Positions 17,989 to 27,522 of a stretch of 64,000 nucleotides of DNA are shown here, piece after piece; the first letter of the stretch is position 1; each line of letters opens with the position of its first letter. The notes under the pieces are model-generated. The model worked only from the letters and a program-made list of their open reading frames with translations. It made no database searches and had not been told where the DNA came from. Location of the stretch: the NCBI GenBank assembly GCA_040005235.1, contig JBDTZG010000011.1:32001-96000 (forward strand). The letters run 5' to 3'. The stretch comes from Acidobacteriota bacterium. Its GTDB lineage: Bacteria; Acidobacteriota; Thermoanaerobaculia; Multivoradales; UBA5704. Position numbers and translations under genes: made by a program.

Positions 17989-20010
17989 ATGGCCAATCTC
18001 GTTTGTCGTCGCCTCCAGCGCGTTCTGTTCGGCGTTCTTCCCTTGTTCCTCTCCGTCGCCAACGCCTCGGCGGCCAGCCCTCCGGCTTCCCCGCCGACCC
18101 CCGTAAAACTCGTCGTCGTGGTGGTGGTCGATGGGCTGTCGTGGCCGCGCCTTGATGGCTACCGCAGCTGGCTCGACGGCGGGCTCGCCCGGCTGCTTTC
18201 CGAGGGGCAGGTCGAGACCGAGTGCCGCTACGCGCATTTGAATACCGAGACCGGCCCGGGGCACGCCAGTCTGGGCACCGGGGCGCCGCCGCGGGTGCAT
18301 GGCATCGTTGCGAACCGGTGGTTCGAGGCGAACCCGAACGGCCAGGGGCTGCGCCGTCTCTATTGCACCGACCAGCCCGACCTCGGGCGGGTTCCGGGGC
18401 AGCCGCCGCTGTTCTACCGCGAGGTGGCGAGCGACGGACGGATCTACGTCTTCGCCCGCCAACGGGCACTCGACCTCTGGCGGCTCTCGGGCGAGATCGG
18501 CAACCAGGCGACGACCCGGATCGGCGAGGGGCCGGCCGGCGAGTCGATCGTCTTCGACAGCGACGACGCGATCGCCCTTTACAACCTCCATCACGGCCGG
18601 CCCGAGGAGAATCTGCCGCCCTCCGGCACTGTCCCCGGCCCGGCGAACCTGCGCGTCGCAACGCTCGGCGACCGGCTGATCGAGTCGAGCCCGGAATCTC
18701 GCGTGGTCGCGTTTTCAGGCAAAGACCGCGGCGCAATCTTTCTTGCCGGCAAGGACCCCCGCCATGCGGTCTATTGGTACGACCGGGACGCCGGCCGCTT
18801 CGTCAGCTCGACCGCGTTCGACCAGGACGGCCTCTGGGGCGGGGCCGTGCGCGACTTGGTCAAGAGGTTCAACGGGGCGAGCGCGGGCGCGATGCTGCCG
18901 GGCCGCTTCGGCCTGCTGTGGAGCCCCCTGCCCGAACCGGCCAACGCGGCGTCGCTGCCTGCGCCGGAGCCCAACCTCGGCCGGTTTCAGACCCCCGACC
19001 TGGGGATCGGTTTCGGTGATTTCGGCCATGACCTGACCGGCGACCCTCGCGGTTATTTCGGCGGCATCTACGACAGCCCGTACCAGGACCAGCTGCTCGC
19101 CGACCTGGCGCTTGCCGCGCTCGCCGATCCGGCGCTTAAAGTAGGGCGTCGCGGCGTGCCGGACCTGTTGGCGCTTTCGTTCTCCGCGCACGACGTGGTG
19201 TCCCACGCCTACGGCAACGAGTCGGCCGAGGAGCTCGACGCGCTTCGCCGGCTGGACCGCCAGCTCGGGCGCCTTCTTTCGGCGCTCGACGCTCTCGCGG
19301 CCGAGGCGCCCGCGGGCCGGGTGGTCCTTGCCCTCTCCGCCGATCACGGCTTCGCTCCGCTTCCCGAAGTCGCGCGGCGCCGGGACGCCCGGCGGTTCGG
19401 CGGCCGGCTGATGAGCGACTCCGCTCCCGAGAGCGTTTTCCCGAGCTTCCAGGAGCGCCTCAACCGGGCGCTCTCCGAAGAGCTCTGCCTCGCCCCGGGG
19501 AGCCAGCCGATCTACGGTTCTGAGGGGTGGATCGTCGCCTACGATCGGCCGACGTTTCCCAAGCTCTCGGTCGACGGCCCGTGCGGGCCGGCCGGGCGAA
19601 CGGTGACGGTGGACGACCTCGATCGGGTATTCCCGGTCGTCGTCCGGCGCCAGTTCGGCGAGGAGATCCAGGAGGTGCTCCTGGCCTCGCAGCGCGACCG
19701 CTGGCCGGCCGACGATCCGGCCGTCGCCTTCGCGCAAAACGACTGGGACCCCTCCCGATCGGGCGACGCTTTTCTGATTCCGCGCGAAAACGTCCTGATG
19801 CATTGGGACCCCGAACGCGGTTCGGGCCATGGCTCGCAATACGACTACGACACCCACGTGCCGCTGATCTTTTGGGGCTCGCCCTTCCGCTCCGGAGCTC
19901 GTTCCGAGCCGAGCGCGCCTTACGATCTCGCGCCGACGCTGGCGGAAATCCTCGGAATCCGCCTTCCCGACGCGACGGGAACCTCTCGTCTCCCTTCGGC
20001 GGGGAAGTAG
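17989..20010 (+). CDS. Alkaline phosphatase-superfamily enzyme (PafA/PhoK-like), exported
   Basis: VVVVDGL, TETGPGHASLGTG (Thr nucleophile), KDRGAI, HDVVSHAYG, SADHG, GHGSQYDYDTHVPL; signal peptide after ATG 17989. Confidence 0.9.
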   Translation: MANLVCRRLQRVLFGVLPLFLSVANASAASPPASPPTPVKLVVVVVVDGLSWPRLDGYRSWLDGGLARLLSEGQVETECRYAHLNTETGPGHASLGTGAPPRVHGIVANRWFEANPNGQGLRRLYCTDQPDLGRVPGQPPLFYREVASDGRIYVFARQRALDLWRLSGEIGNQATTRIGEGPAGESIVFDSDDAIALYNLHHGRPEENLPPSGTVPGPANLRVATLGDRLIESSPESRVVAFSGKDRGAIFLAGKDPRHAVYWYDRDAGRFVSSTAFDQDGLWGGAVRDLVKRFNGASAGAMLPGRFGLLWSPLPEPANAASLPAPEPNLGRFQTPDLGIGFGDFGHDLTGDPRGYFGGIYDSPYQDQLLADLALAALADPALKVGRRGVPDLLALSFSAHDVVSHAYGNESAEELDALRRLDRQLGRLLSALDALAAEAPAGRVVLALSADHGFAPLPEVARRRDARRFGGRLMSDSAPESVFPSFQERLNRALSEELCLAPGSQPIYGSEGWIVAYDRPTFPKLSVDGPCGPAGRTVTVDDLDRVFPVVVRRQFGEEIQEVLLASQRDRWPADDPAVAFAQNDWDPSRSGDAFLIPRENVLMHWDPERGSGHGSQYDYDTHVPLIFWGSPFRSGARSEPSAPYDLAPTLAEILGIRLPDATGTSRLPSAGK

Positions 20011-20073
20011 GGGGAAGTAGAATCTGCGCCTCGCCGGATGGGGGGAGCCCTCCCGTCGGCTGAAAGGTCACCT

Positions 20074-21522
20074 ATGCGGATGACGGGCCTCGGCAAACTT
20101 TTGCTCTTTGTGATCGGCCTCGCGTTGGTGGCGACGGCGATCTTCCGCTTCGGTCCTTCGCTTTGGCGATCGAGCGGTTCCCGCCTCGGCGCTTCGGACG
20201 CCCCGGGATCGACATCGGCCGGATCGACGGCCGGATCGACAACGGCGGCAGGCTCCGGTGCCGTGCCGCGCTTGCGCCTTCATGGTTCGAACACGATCGG
20301 GAGCGATCTCGCGCCGGCATTGGTCGAGAAGTTCCTGAACCGGGAAGGCGCCACGGGCATCCATCGCGTACCCGGCGCGGAGGACGAGGTCGCCGTCGAG
20401 GGTCGGCTGCCCGGCGAAAGCGAACCGGTCGTGGTCGAGATCGCGGCGCACGGCTCCGGCACGGCGTACGAGGACCTGGCGGCAGGCACCGCGGACATCG
20501 GCATGTCGTCGCGCCGCATCAAGCCGGACGAGAAGGTGCGCCTCGCCGCCTTGGGCGACATGACGTCGGCCGCGGCGGAGCATGTGCTCGGCTTGGATGG
20601 CGTGGCAGTCATCGTCTCTCGCGCCAACCGGCTCGAATCGCTGACGCTCGACCAGATCCGCGACCTGTTCTCGGGGCGGATCGCCGACTGGTCGTCGCTG
20701 GGCGGCCCGGCGGGACCCGTGCAGATCTACTCCCGCGACGACCGCTCGGGCACGTTCGACACGTTCAAGAGCCTGGTGCTCCGCGACGCGACGCTCGTAT
20801 CGAGCGCCAAGCGCTACGAGGACAGCCGCAAACTTTCTTCCGATGTCGCTGCCGACCCGCGGGGAATTGGATTCGTCGGCCTGGCCTACGTCGGCGACGC
20901 CAAGGCGCTCAAGGTGTCGGAGGAAGGTTCGGTTCCCTACCGGCCGACCGTGTTCACGGTCCGCACCGAGGACTATCGCCTGTCGCGGCGGCTGTATCTC
21001 TACGTTTCCCCGGCGTCTGCGAACCCTTGGGTCGGCAAGTTCGTCCAGTTTGCGCTTTCCGATGAGGGCCAGGCGGTGGTCGACGCCGTGGGCTTCGTCG
21101 GCCAATCGCTCCTCAATCCGGTCCAAGAGGCCGCACCGGCTCTGCCCACCGAGGTGCCGGCCGAATACGCCCGCCTAACCAAGGGTTCGACCCGGCTGCC
21201 GCTCGTCTTCCGTTTCGAGACCGGTAGCGACCGGCTGGACAACAAGTCCCTGCGCGACATCGGCCGCCTGCTCGAAAGTCTGAGCCAACCCGCCAATCGC
21301 GGCCGGCGGGTACTCCTCTTCGGCTTCGCCGATTCGCTCGGCAGCCCCGAGGCCAACCGCCGGCTGTCCGGCGCCCGGGCCACCGCGGTGGCCGGCGAGC
21401 TGCGCTCCGAAGGAGTGGAGGCCGAAGCGGCGACCGGTTTCGGCTCCGCGCTCCCCGTGGCCTCGAATGAGACCGAGGAGGGGAAGGGGAGAAATCGGCG
21501 CGTGGAGGTCTGGCTCAAGTAG
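20074..21522 (+). CDS. PstS-like phosphate-binding domain fused to an OmpA peptidoglycan-binding domain
   Basis: HGSNTIG, DIGMSSR, SRDDRSGTFDTF, then GFADSLG...NRRLS..RA...NRRVE; N-terminal TM anchor. Confidence 0.9.
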   Translation: MRMTGLGKLLLFVIGLALVATAIFRFGPSLWRSSGSRLGASDAPGSTSAGSTAGSTTAAGSGAVPRLRLHGSNTIGSDLAPALVEKFLNREGATGIHRVPGAEDEVAVEGRLPGESEPVVVEIAAHGSGTAYEDLAAGTADIGMSSRRIKPDEKVRLAALGDMTSAAAEHVLGLDGVAVIVSRANRLESLTLDQIRDLFSGRIADWSSLGGPAGPVQIYSRDDRSGTFDTFKSLVLRDATLVSSAKRYEDSRKLSSDVAADPRGIGFVGLAYVGDAKALKVSEEGSVPYRPTVFTVRTEDYRLSRRLYLYVSPASANPWVGKFVQFALSDEGQAVVDAVGFVGQSLLNPVQEAAPALPTEVPAEYARLTKGSTRLPLVFRFETGSDRLDNKSLRDIGRLLESLSQPANRGRRVLLFGFADSLGSPEANRRLSGARATAVAGELRSEGVEAEAATGFGSALPVASNETEEGKGRNRRVEVWLK

Positions 21523-21540
21523 ACCCAACGGTCAGTCCTC

Positions 21541-22263
21541 TCATCGGGCGGCGACGAAGACCTCCGGAGGACACGACCGGCCGACCACCTGCTCGACGCT
21601 TTTGAGCAGCGCGCTCTTCAAGTCCGGATCGGTCAGCAGACGATCCTCTTCGAACCGCAGGGTGGTGATGCCGTTGCGCTTCAACAGTTGGGGGTCGAGG
21701 CGCACGAAGGCGCGGTAGACATCGAGCTGTCCGGCGTTGGCATCGGGGGCTTGATCGACGACGAAGCGCATCACCGCCTGCAGGCTGAGCGGCGGGGGCA
21801 GTGTGTGGATCGTGGGGATCGTGGGGATAGGAAGGTCGGGAGTCATAACGATCTCCTGTTCGGGAAGGGGAAGCGGTTCGAAGTCGCTGATCGGTTCCAA
21901 GACCGAAACGTCTGGGGCGGCCGAGGCGACCGGCTGGAAGGGCGGACCGGCCAAGCCGGCGGTGAGAAAGCCGGAAAGGGTACGAGGCTCGCCGTTGACG
22001 GTCGAGGCGGCGCGCAGGTATTCCCCCGCAGAAAGCGGCCGCTCGGCCAGCAGGCCGAGCTCGACGAGTCGGGCGAAAGCTTCGTCGCGGTCGGCCGGCC
22101 TGAGGCAGAGGTGCTCGCCGATCTGCGCGACGGTGTGGCGGCCGGTGACCGCGAAGAAGACGCCCCATTCGAGGCTCCGAAGCCGGAGATCCGCGGGCAA
22201 TCGATCGACGGCCAGAGCCAGCTCGAAGACCGCGGCGGCGGGGACTTGGCGGTCGGCGCTCAT
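21541..22263 (-). CDS. Hypothetical protein (winged-helix-like N-terminus) in the Che-like operon
   Basis: ATG 22263 overlaps the upstream stop; EWGVFFAVTGRHTVAQIGEHL...LVELGLL. Confidence 0.65.
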   Translation of the reverse strand: MSADRQVPAAAVFELALAVDRLPADLRLRSLEWGVFFAVTGRHTVAQIGEHLCLRPADRDEAFARLVELGLLAERPLSAGEYLRAASTVNGEPRTLSGFLTAGLAGPPFQPVASAAPDVSVLEPISDFEPLPLPEQEIVMTPDLPIPTIPTIHTLPPPLSLQAVMRFVVDQAPDANAGQLDVYRAFVRLDPQLLKRNGITTLRFEEDRLLTDPDLKSALLKSVEQVVGRSCPPEVFVAAR

Positions 22264-22721
22264 GGGTCCTTCACCGAAGGCTCGAGTCCAACGACCAGGA
22301 GCGCCGTGGCGCCGCTCCAGCGGATCGGCATCACGAAGGCCGACGCGGGAAGCTCCAGCCCGGACAGCTCTCCCGGTCCGAGCGACCGGGGCACGGAGAT
22401 CTCCCAGCCGCCCTGGAATGCCTCGCTCGCGTTGCCGGCGAGCACGTTCGACAGCTCGCGGCACATGTCGCGCAAGGTCCGGTCGCTCACTTCCGTCTCG
22501 CCATGGATTTGCAGCAGCCGGTGGAGCAGCCGGACGGGTGAGGTGAGGTAGAGGCAACCGTCCTGCTCGCCGCGGATGCGGACCAGGCTCGCATAGTCGA
22601 GCAGTGCCGGCGCGCCGAACTGCATGTAGGGCGGTTCGAGCACCGGCTCGTCGGTCGGCGAGAGCTTGGAAAAGTAGTCCACGGTGATCCTCTTGAACAG
22701 CTGAAGCTGCTGCGGGTCCAT
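22260..22721 (-). CDS. cheX: CheX-like phosphatase
   Basis: DMCRELSNVLAGNA (ExxN..G) and EISVP; ATG 22721 with AAGGAGAG RBS. Confidence 0.8.
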   Translation of the reverse strand: MDPQQLQLFKRITVDYFSKLSPTDEPVLEPPYMQFGAPALLDYASLVRIRGEQDGCLYLTSPVRLLHRLLQIHGETEVSDRTLRDMCRELSNVLAGNASEAFQGGWEISVPRSLGPGELSGLELPASAFVMPIRWSGATALLVVGLEPSVKDP

Positions 22722-22746
22722 GAGCGGTCGCTCTCCTTGTCGCCGC

Positions 22747-23472
22747 TCAGCGGCGTTGATGGTCTTCGCGGACATAGAACTCGAGGAGCAGCTTTTGCGC
22801 GCCGCCGGAGAGCGTCGTCTCCTCGTCGCAGCTCTCTTCCAGGGAGATGCCCGGCGCAGGCCAGCCCAGGATCGTAAACAGCGCCTCCCGGCCGGTCAGC
22901 GTTCCCACTTGGGCGTGGATCAGCTCGCCGCCGCGCACCGCGATCCGGCCATGGTTTTCGCCGCCGCCCACGCGGACCGTGCAGGTCTTGCGCTCCAATT
23001 CGATGACCTGCAGCAGGCTCGCGAGGGAGATGCCGCGCACCACGCTCTGGCGGCTGCGGCGCACCAGGCGGTCGGCCTGGGCGAGCAGCTCGTCCATCTC
23101 CGGCGGGCGCCGGACCCGGGCGTCATAAGCTGACGCGTCGACACCGCTCGCCTCGTCGGCGACCAGCAACACGGGGACCGACGGGAACACCTCGCGCAGC
23201 ACTTCGAGAAATCGCAGCAGGTCGGCGGGCGGCGGCGACTCCAGCCCTACGAGCACCAGGTCGTGCTCCACAGCGGAGAGCGCGGCATAGGCCGACAGGG
23301 CTTCGGCTACCGCCGTCGCCCGGTAGCGCCGGTTGTGCAGCTCCAGACCCGAAGCGAGGATCTCGCGCAGCAGCGGGTCGGCCTCGATCAACAGGATCCG
23401 CCCCGGGGATTCGCCGTAAGCAGCACCCTTCGGGCGCACGGCGGGCGGTTCAAGCGACTCGGACAGGGGCAT
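22747..23472 (-). CDS. Atypical receiver domain + DUF4388-like domain protein
   Basis: ILLIEADP receiver-like start; GISLASLLQVIELERKTCTVRV...G.I..RGGELIHA...GREALFTILGW. Confidence 0.75.
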   Translation of the reverse strand: MPLSESLEPPAVRPKGAAYGESPGRILLIEADPLLREILASGLELHNRRYRATAVAEALSAYAALSAVEHDLVLVGLESPPPADLLRFLEVLREVFPSVPVLLVADEASGVDASAYDARVRRPPEMDELLAQADRLVRRSRQSVVRGISLASLLQVIELERKTCTVRVGGGENHGRIAVRGGELIHAQVGTLTGREALFTILGWPAPGISLEESCDEETTLSGGAQKLLLEFYVREDHQRR

Positions 23473-23830
23473 GGCGCACCAACTCCTCCAGAGCTTCGAC
23501 GATTTCACTCTCGGTAAATGGTTTGGTCAGGAAGCCGCAGGCGCCGCGCCGGATGGCGTCGAGCGCGACGCGGTGGCTGTTGAGGGCGGAGATCACCAGG
23601 ATGGAAACCTCTGGCTCGATGGACCGGATCTCGTCGATCGCCGCCAGGCCGTCGAGATTCGGCATCGTGAGATCCATCGTCACCAGCTCGGGCCGGTGCG
23701 CCGCGAACAGCTCGACCGCCTCCCGGCCGTCTTCCGCGCGCAGCACCTCGGTGATCGCTTGAGCGGCGGCGCCGCTCCGGGCGATCGCGTTCCTCACCAC
23801 CAGCGAGTCGTCCACCACCAGAAGCTTCAT
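23450..23830 (-). CDS. Single-domain CheY-like response regulator
   Basis: MKLLVVDDS, VTMDLTMP.LDG, VISA, FLTKPF. Confidence 0.92.
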   Translation of the reverse strand: MKLLVVDDSLVVRNAIARSGAAAQAITEVLRAEDGREAVELFAAHRPELVTMDLTMPNLDGLAAIDEIRSIEPEVSILVISALNSHRVALDAIRRGACGFLTKPFTESEIVEALEELVRHAPVRVA

Positions 23831-25710
23831 CGGCGGGACTCCACGGATTGCCGGGGAAGCCGGATCTGGAAGGCGCAATAGCGGCCCGGCTCGCTGTGTA
23901 CCGCGATCCGCCCGCCCGCCGCTTCGATCCGCTCGCGGACGAGATCGAGGCCGACCCCTCGCCCGGCATGAAGAGTCGTTCGGTCGGCGGTCGAAAATCC
24001 CGGCCGGAAGATCAAGCGCCGCAGCTCGTTCTCGGAGTCCATGACGGAGCCCGCGGCCAGGTCGAGCAGAGCCGCCTTCGCGCGCAGTGCGGCGAGGTCG
24101 AGGCCGGCGCCGTCGTCTTGAAAGATCAGCTCGATCGAGTCCGCTTCCGGCCGGGGGCGCGCCGCGAGTTGGAGCGTCGCCACGGCCGGCTTACCTCGAT
24201 CGCGGCGTACCTCGGCCGACTCGATCCCGTGAACGAGCGAGTTCCTCACCAGTTGCGCCAGAGTCTCGCGAAGGAGCGGGGCGTAGCGTTCCGGCAGCTC
24301 CACCCCTTCCAGGCGCCAAAGAAAACGCGCCGGCTTGCCCAGCTCGGCCGCCAGATCCGACACCCAGCGTTCGATCGAGGTTTCAAGCGACGAACCGATC
24401 GCCGGGCGAGGTTCCGCCGATTCGCGAGGGAGCGTGCGGCCGAAACGGGCGAGCTGTTCGAGCACCGACCGGGTCGCAAGAAGAATCGCATCGACCGAGC
24501 CGATCTTCTCTCGCGCCTCGGCCCGCGCGGCCTCCTCCTCCGGCTCTGCGTCACGGTAGGCCGCGAGCGCTCCTTCGAGGCCATGGATCTCGCGGCCGAG
24601 CGGCGCAAATCCCAAAAACCCCGCCTCCCCTTTGGCCCCATGCAGATCGCGCAAGAGGGGATCGAACGCGGCGGGCGGCGTCGCGGCACGGGGCCGTTCC
24701 AAGATCGACTCGGTGCGGCGGAGCTGCCGGGCCAACCGGTCCAACAGGCCGACCACCGCCTCCGGATCGGCCTGCATGGCGGCCACCGCCAGCTCCAGGT
24801 GCAGCTCGCCGCGCCGACGATGCCCTTCCAGCTCGCGGGCCAGCTCGTCCTCGCGGGTGAGATCCTCGATCCGCACCAGGACGTGCCGGATCGCATCGCC
24901 CACGAAGCCGCGCACGAACCGGAAGGCGAGCACCTTGCGGCGCCCTCCGGCGAAATTCCCGGTCACCCTAAGCAGGGGATTGATCTTGGCGATCAAACTT
25001 TCGATCACCCGCGGATTGAACAGCAGGTCGAGGTACTCCGCGGCGAGCTGCGTCCGCTCCGGGTCGAGGCAGGAGGCGAGAACCTCCGGCAGCGCCCGCC
25101 CGGCGAGCCCGCGCGTCTCGAGAATCGTCTCGGCCGAGCCGGCGTATTCGAGACCGATGCGCTGCTCGCGATCGATCAACAAAAGCCCCTCGCGCACCGT
25201 GGCGAGGATCTGCTTCATCTGCTCGCCGCGCAGCAGCGTCACCCGGGCGTCGGCGGCCAGCAGATCCTCGAAATCGATCAGCCGCACCTTTCCGGGCGCC
25301 CCGCCGTTGGCAAGGTTTACGGCGAGAGGCTCGTAAACCAGGGCTCTCGGCCGCTCCAGGCCCTGGCGGACCGCCAGTTCGATCGGAGTATCTCCGGGCA
25401 GAGTGAGAGCGCCGCCATGCTCCTCCATCCGCTCCATCATGAAACGCAGCGGGCGCGGGTGATATAGGTCCATGCCGCAGTACTGGCCGACGATCTCGTG
25501 GTAGTAACGGCGCGACAGGACGGCGCGGAATCGGCCCTCTTCGGTCAGCAGCAGCCCCGGAGCCTCGCGGTGGGCATGGAAGTAGTCGCCCGCTTTCTTC
25601 GCCCGGTCCGACATTTCGAGCGCCGCCTCGTAGCCTGGCAGGTCGGCCAAGGTGGAACCGGTGTCGATCCGGGTCAGGAACTCGGCGCGTGCGGGGGAGG
25701 TTGGGGCCAT
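23827..25710 (-). CDS. CheA-like histidine kinase (CBS-like/PAS-like input, HPt, HATPase; no CheW domain)
   Basis: HPt LHGAKGEAG; QLVRNSLVHGIES; DDGAGLD; IFRPGFST; GRGVGLD; the protein ends right after FQIRLP. Confidence 0.85.
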   Translation of the reverse strand: MAPTSPARAEFLTRIDTGSTLADLPGYEAALEMSDRAKKAGDYFHAHREAPGLLLTEEGRFRAVLSRRYYHEIVGQYCGMDLYHPRPLRFMMERMEEHGGALTLPGDTPIELAVRQGLERPRALVYEPLAVNLANGGAPGKVRLIDFEDLLAADARVTLLRGEQMKQILATVREGLLLIDREQRIGLEYAGSAETILETRGLAGRALPEVLASCLDPERTQLAAEYLDLLFNPRVIESLIAKINPLLRVTGNFAGGRRKVLAFRFVRGFVGDAIRHVLVRIEDLTREDELARELEGHRRRGELHLELAVAAMQADPEAVVGLLDRLARQLRRTESILERPRAATPPAAFDPLLRDLHGAKGEAGFLGFAPLGREIHGLEGALAAYRDAEPEEEAARAEAREKIGSVDAILLATRSVLEQLARFGRTLPRESAEPRPAIGSSLETSIERWVSDLAAELGKPARFLWRLEGVELPERYAPLLRETLAQLVRNSLVHGIESAEVRRDRGKPAVATLQLAARPRPEADSIELIFQDDGAGLDLAALRAKAALLDLAAGSVMDSENELRRLIFRPGFSTADRTTLHAGRGVGLDLVRERIEAAGGRIAVHSEPGRYCAFQIRLPRQSVESRR

Positions 25711-25900
25711 GGTTGAACGAACCGACAGGCGGTGAGCCCTCGGCAGGCACCCAACCTATCCGGCCCGTGCCACGGCGAAGCGACCGGCGTTTGACGACTG
25801 CGCGGCGACGCGCGGCGCAGTGCCGGTCCGGTCGCTGCCGTAACCCGACCGCGACCGATGCGCCACCTGTCCTTCGCGCCGGCTGCGCACACTCGCGGCC

Positions 25901-26776
25901 GTGGCAGAGGATCGCGTCGTTTCCCATCTCCGACCGGTGGCACGGCTCACCGAGGCGCTGTTCTTCCCCTTGGCCGTCCCGGGCGGCAGGGCGCGCGACG
26001 GCGCACTGCGCGCGCTGCTCGCCGCGTTCGGCAGGATGCTCGAAGTCGAGGGAGCCGAACGGCTCTCCGCTTCAGGCGCGCCGGTCCTCTTCGCGCTCAA
26101 CCATGGCAATGCCGCGGAGGCGCTGCTCGCGCCGGCCGCGCTGATCTGGCTCACCGGCGGCCGGCCGGTCCATTTCCTCGCCGATTGGATGTACCTGGAG
26201 CTGCCGTTGATCGGCCGCCTGCTCCGCCTCTCCCAGCCGATCCCCGTGTTCGGCAAGCCGGCTCGCTGGCGTTGGCGGGAAGAGGTCCGCCGCGCGGGGC
26301 AGGCCCAGCCGGCGCTCGATCGCGCGCTCGCGCTGCTTGCGCGCGGCGAGAGCGTAGGTATTTTCCCCGAAGGGACGCGCAACGGCGATCCCGACCGCCT
26401 CCGTCCGGGGCGCTTGGGTCTGGGCGAGCTGGCTCTCTGTTCCACCTCGACGATCGTGCCGGTTGGGCTCCACTACCCGGCGGCCGCGCGGCTCGGTCGG
26501 ATTCCCCGTCTCGGCCGGACGATCCTCCGCGTCGGCGAGCCGCTCGACTTCGCCGAGGAGCGGGAGCAGCTCCGCGCCGCAGGATTCGAGCGATCCGCCC
26601 GCCGGGCGCTCGCCCGCGCGGTGGTTTCCCGAACGCTCGCGGCGCTCGCCGAGCTGGCGGAAAAGCGCGTAGCCGACGCCGACGAGCGGCCCGCCCGTCG
26701 CCCTCGTTCCGTGACTCCGCGGAAAACCCGCACACCGTTCGATTCCCCATTTCACCCCGGGAGGGACTCCGCATGA
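25901..26776 (+). CDS. PlsC-family lysophospholipid acyltransferase
   Basis: ALNHGNAAE (HX4E variant), VGIFPEGTRN, IVPVGL. Confidence 0.85.
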   Translation: MAEDRVVSHLRPVARLTEALFFPLAVPGGRARDGALRALLAAFGRMLEVEGAERLSASGAPVLFALNHGNAAEALLAPAALIWLTGGRPVHFLADWMYLELPLIGRLLRLSQPIPVFGKPARWRWREEVRRAGQAQPALDRALALLARGESVGIFPEGTRNGDPDRLRPGRLGLGELALCSTSTIVPVGLHYPAAARLGRIPRLGRTILRVGEPLDFAEEREQLRAAGFERSARRALARAVVSRTLAALAELAEKRVADADERPARRPRSVTPRKTRTPFDSPFHPGRDSA

Positions 26777-27444
26777 GAAACCCCGTTGCGATCGACAAAG
26801 TCCTCGACCCCGTTTCCCGAGCCGCCGCGCTCGCGGTGCTCGAACAGGTCTACTGCCAGGAAAAGCGTTGGATCCGCGACGTCGAGAGCGAAATCCCCGC
26901 CGTGTTCGACGAGCTCGACCCCCGATCCTGGTACGTCGCGACGATCGGCGACGAGCCGGCGGGAGCGATCCGCCTGGTGTACGACCCCGACCTGGCGCTG
27001 CCGGCGGATTACGGGGTCACTCTCGAACCGGGGATCGATCTCGACCGCCTGCGCGCAGCCGGCCGGTTCGTCGACATCGGTCGCTTCATGATCGTGCCGC
27101 GCCACCGCAGGAACGTCCGGATCGCCCTCCAGCTGATGCAGGCGGCGATCGCCGAGGTGGTCGAGCGGGGCTATACCCATTTCCTCACCGACGTGTTCGA
27201 GAGCGATCCGCACTCGCCGCTCGGCTTCCACACCCGGGTGCTCGGCTTCGAGCGGATCGGCACCCACCGCCGTGGGGAGCTCGCTTGCGAAAGCGTCCGC
27301 GTGCTGTTGATCCTCGACATTGCCCGCGCCTACCGCCGGCTGAAAATGCGCGGCAACCGGATCTTCCGCCAGGTCGCCTCCGGGCTCGACGAAGCGCGTC
27401 TCGCGCCCGCGCCTTCCGGCTCCGAAGCCTACGTCTCAGGCTAG
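26773..27444 (+). CDS. GNAT-fold N-acyltransferase (N-acyl amino acid synthase/FeeM-like)
   Basis: ATG 26773 overlaps the plsC stop; VYCQEKRW, AGAIRLVYD, FVDIGRFMIVPRHR, LGFERIG. Confidence 0.7.
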   Translation: MRNPVAIDKVLDPVSRAAALAVLEQVYCQEKRWIRDVESEIPAVFDELDPRSWYVATIGDEPAGAIRLVYDPDLALPADYGVTLEPGIDLDRLRAAGRFVDIGRFMIVPRHRRNVRIALQLMQAAIAEVVERGYTHFLTDVFESDPHSPLGFHTRVLGFERIGTHRRGELACESVRVLLILDIARAYRRLKMRGNRIFRQVASGLDEARLAPAPSGSEAYVSG

Positions 27445-27522
27445 AAACCCTTTTGAAAGCTCGCCGCCTCGTCGATCTCCCGTCACGCCCGCGCCATCGG
27501 CGCCTGCCATCCTGATCGGCGT

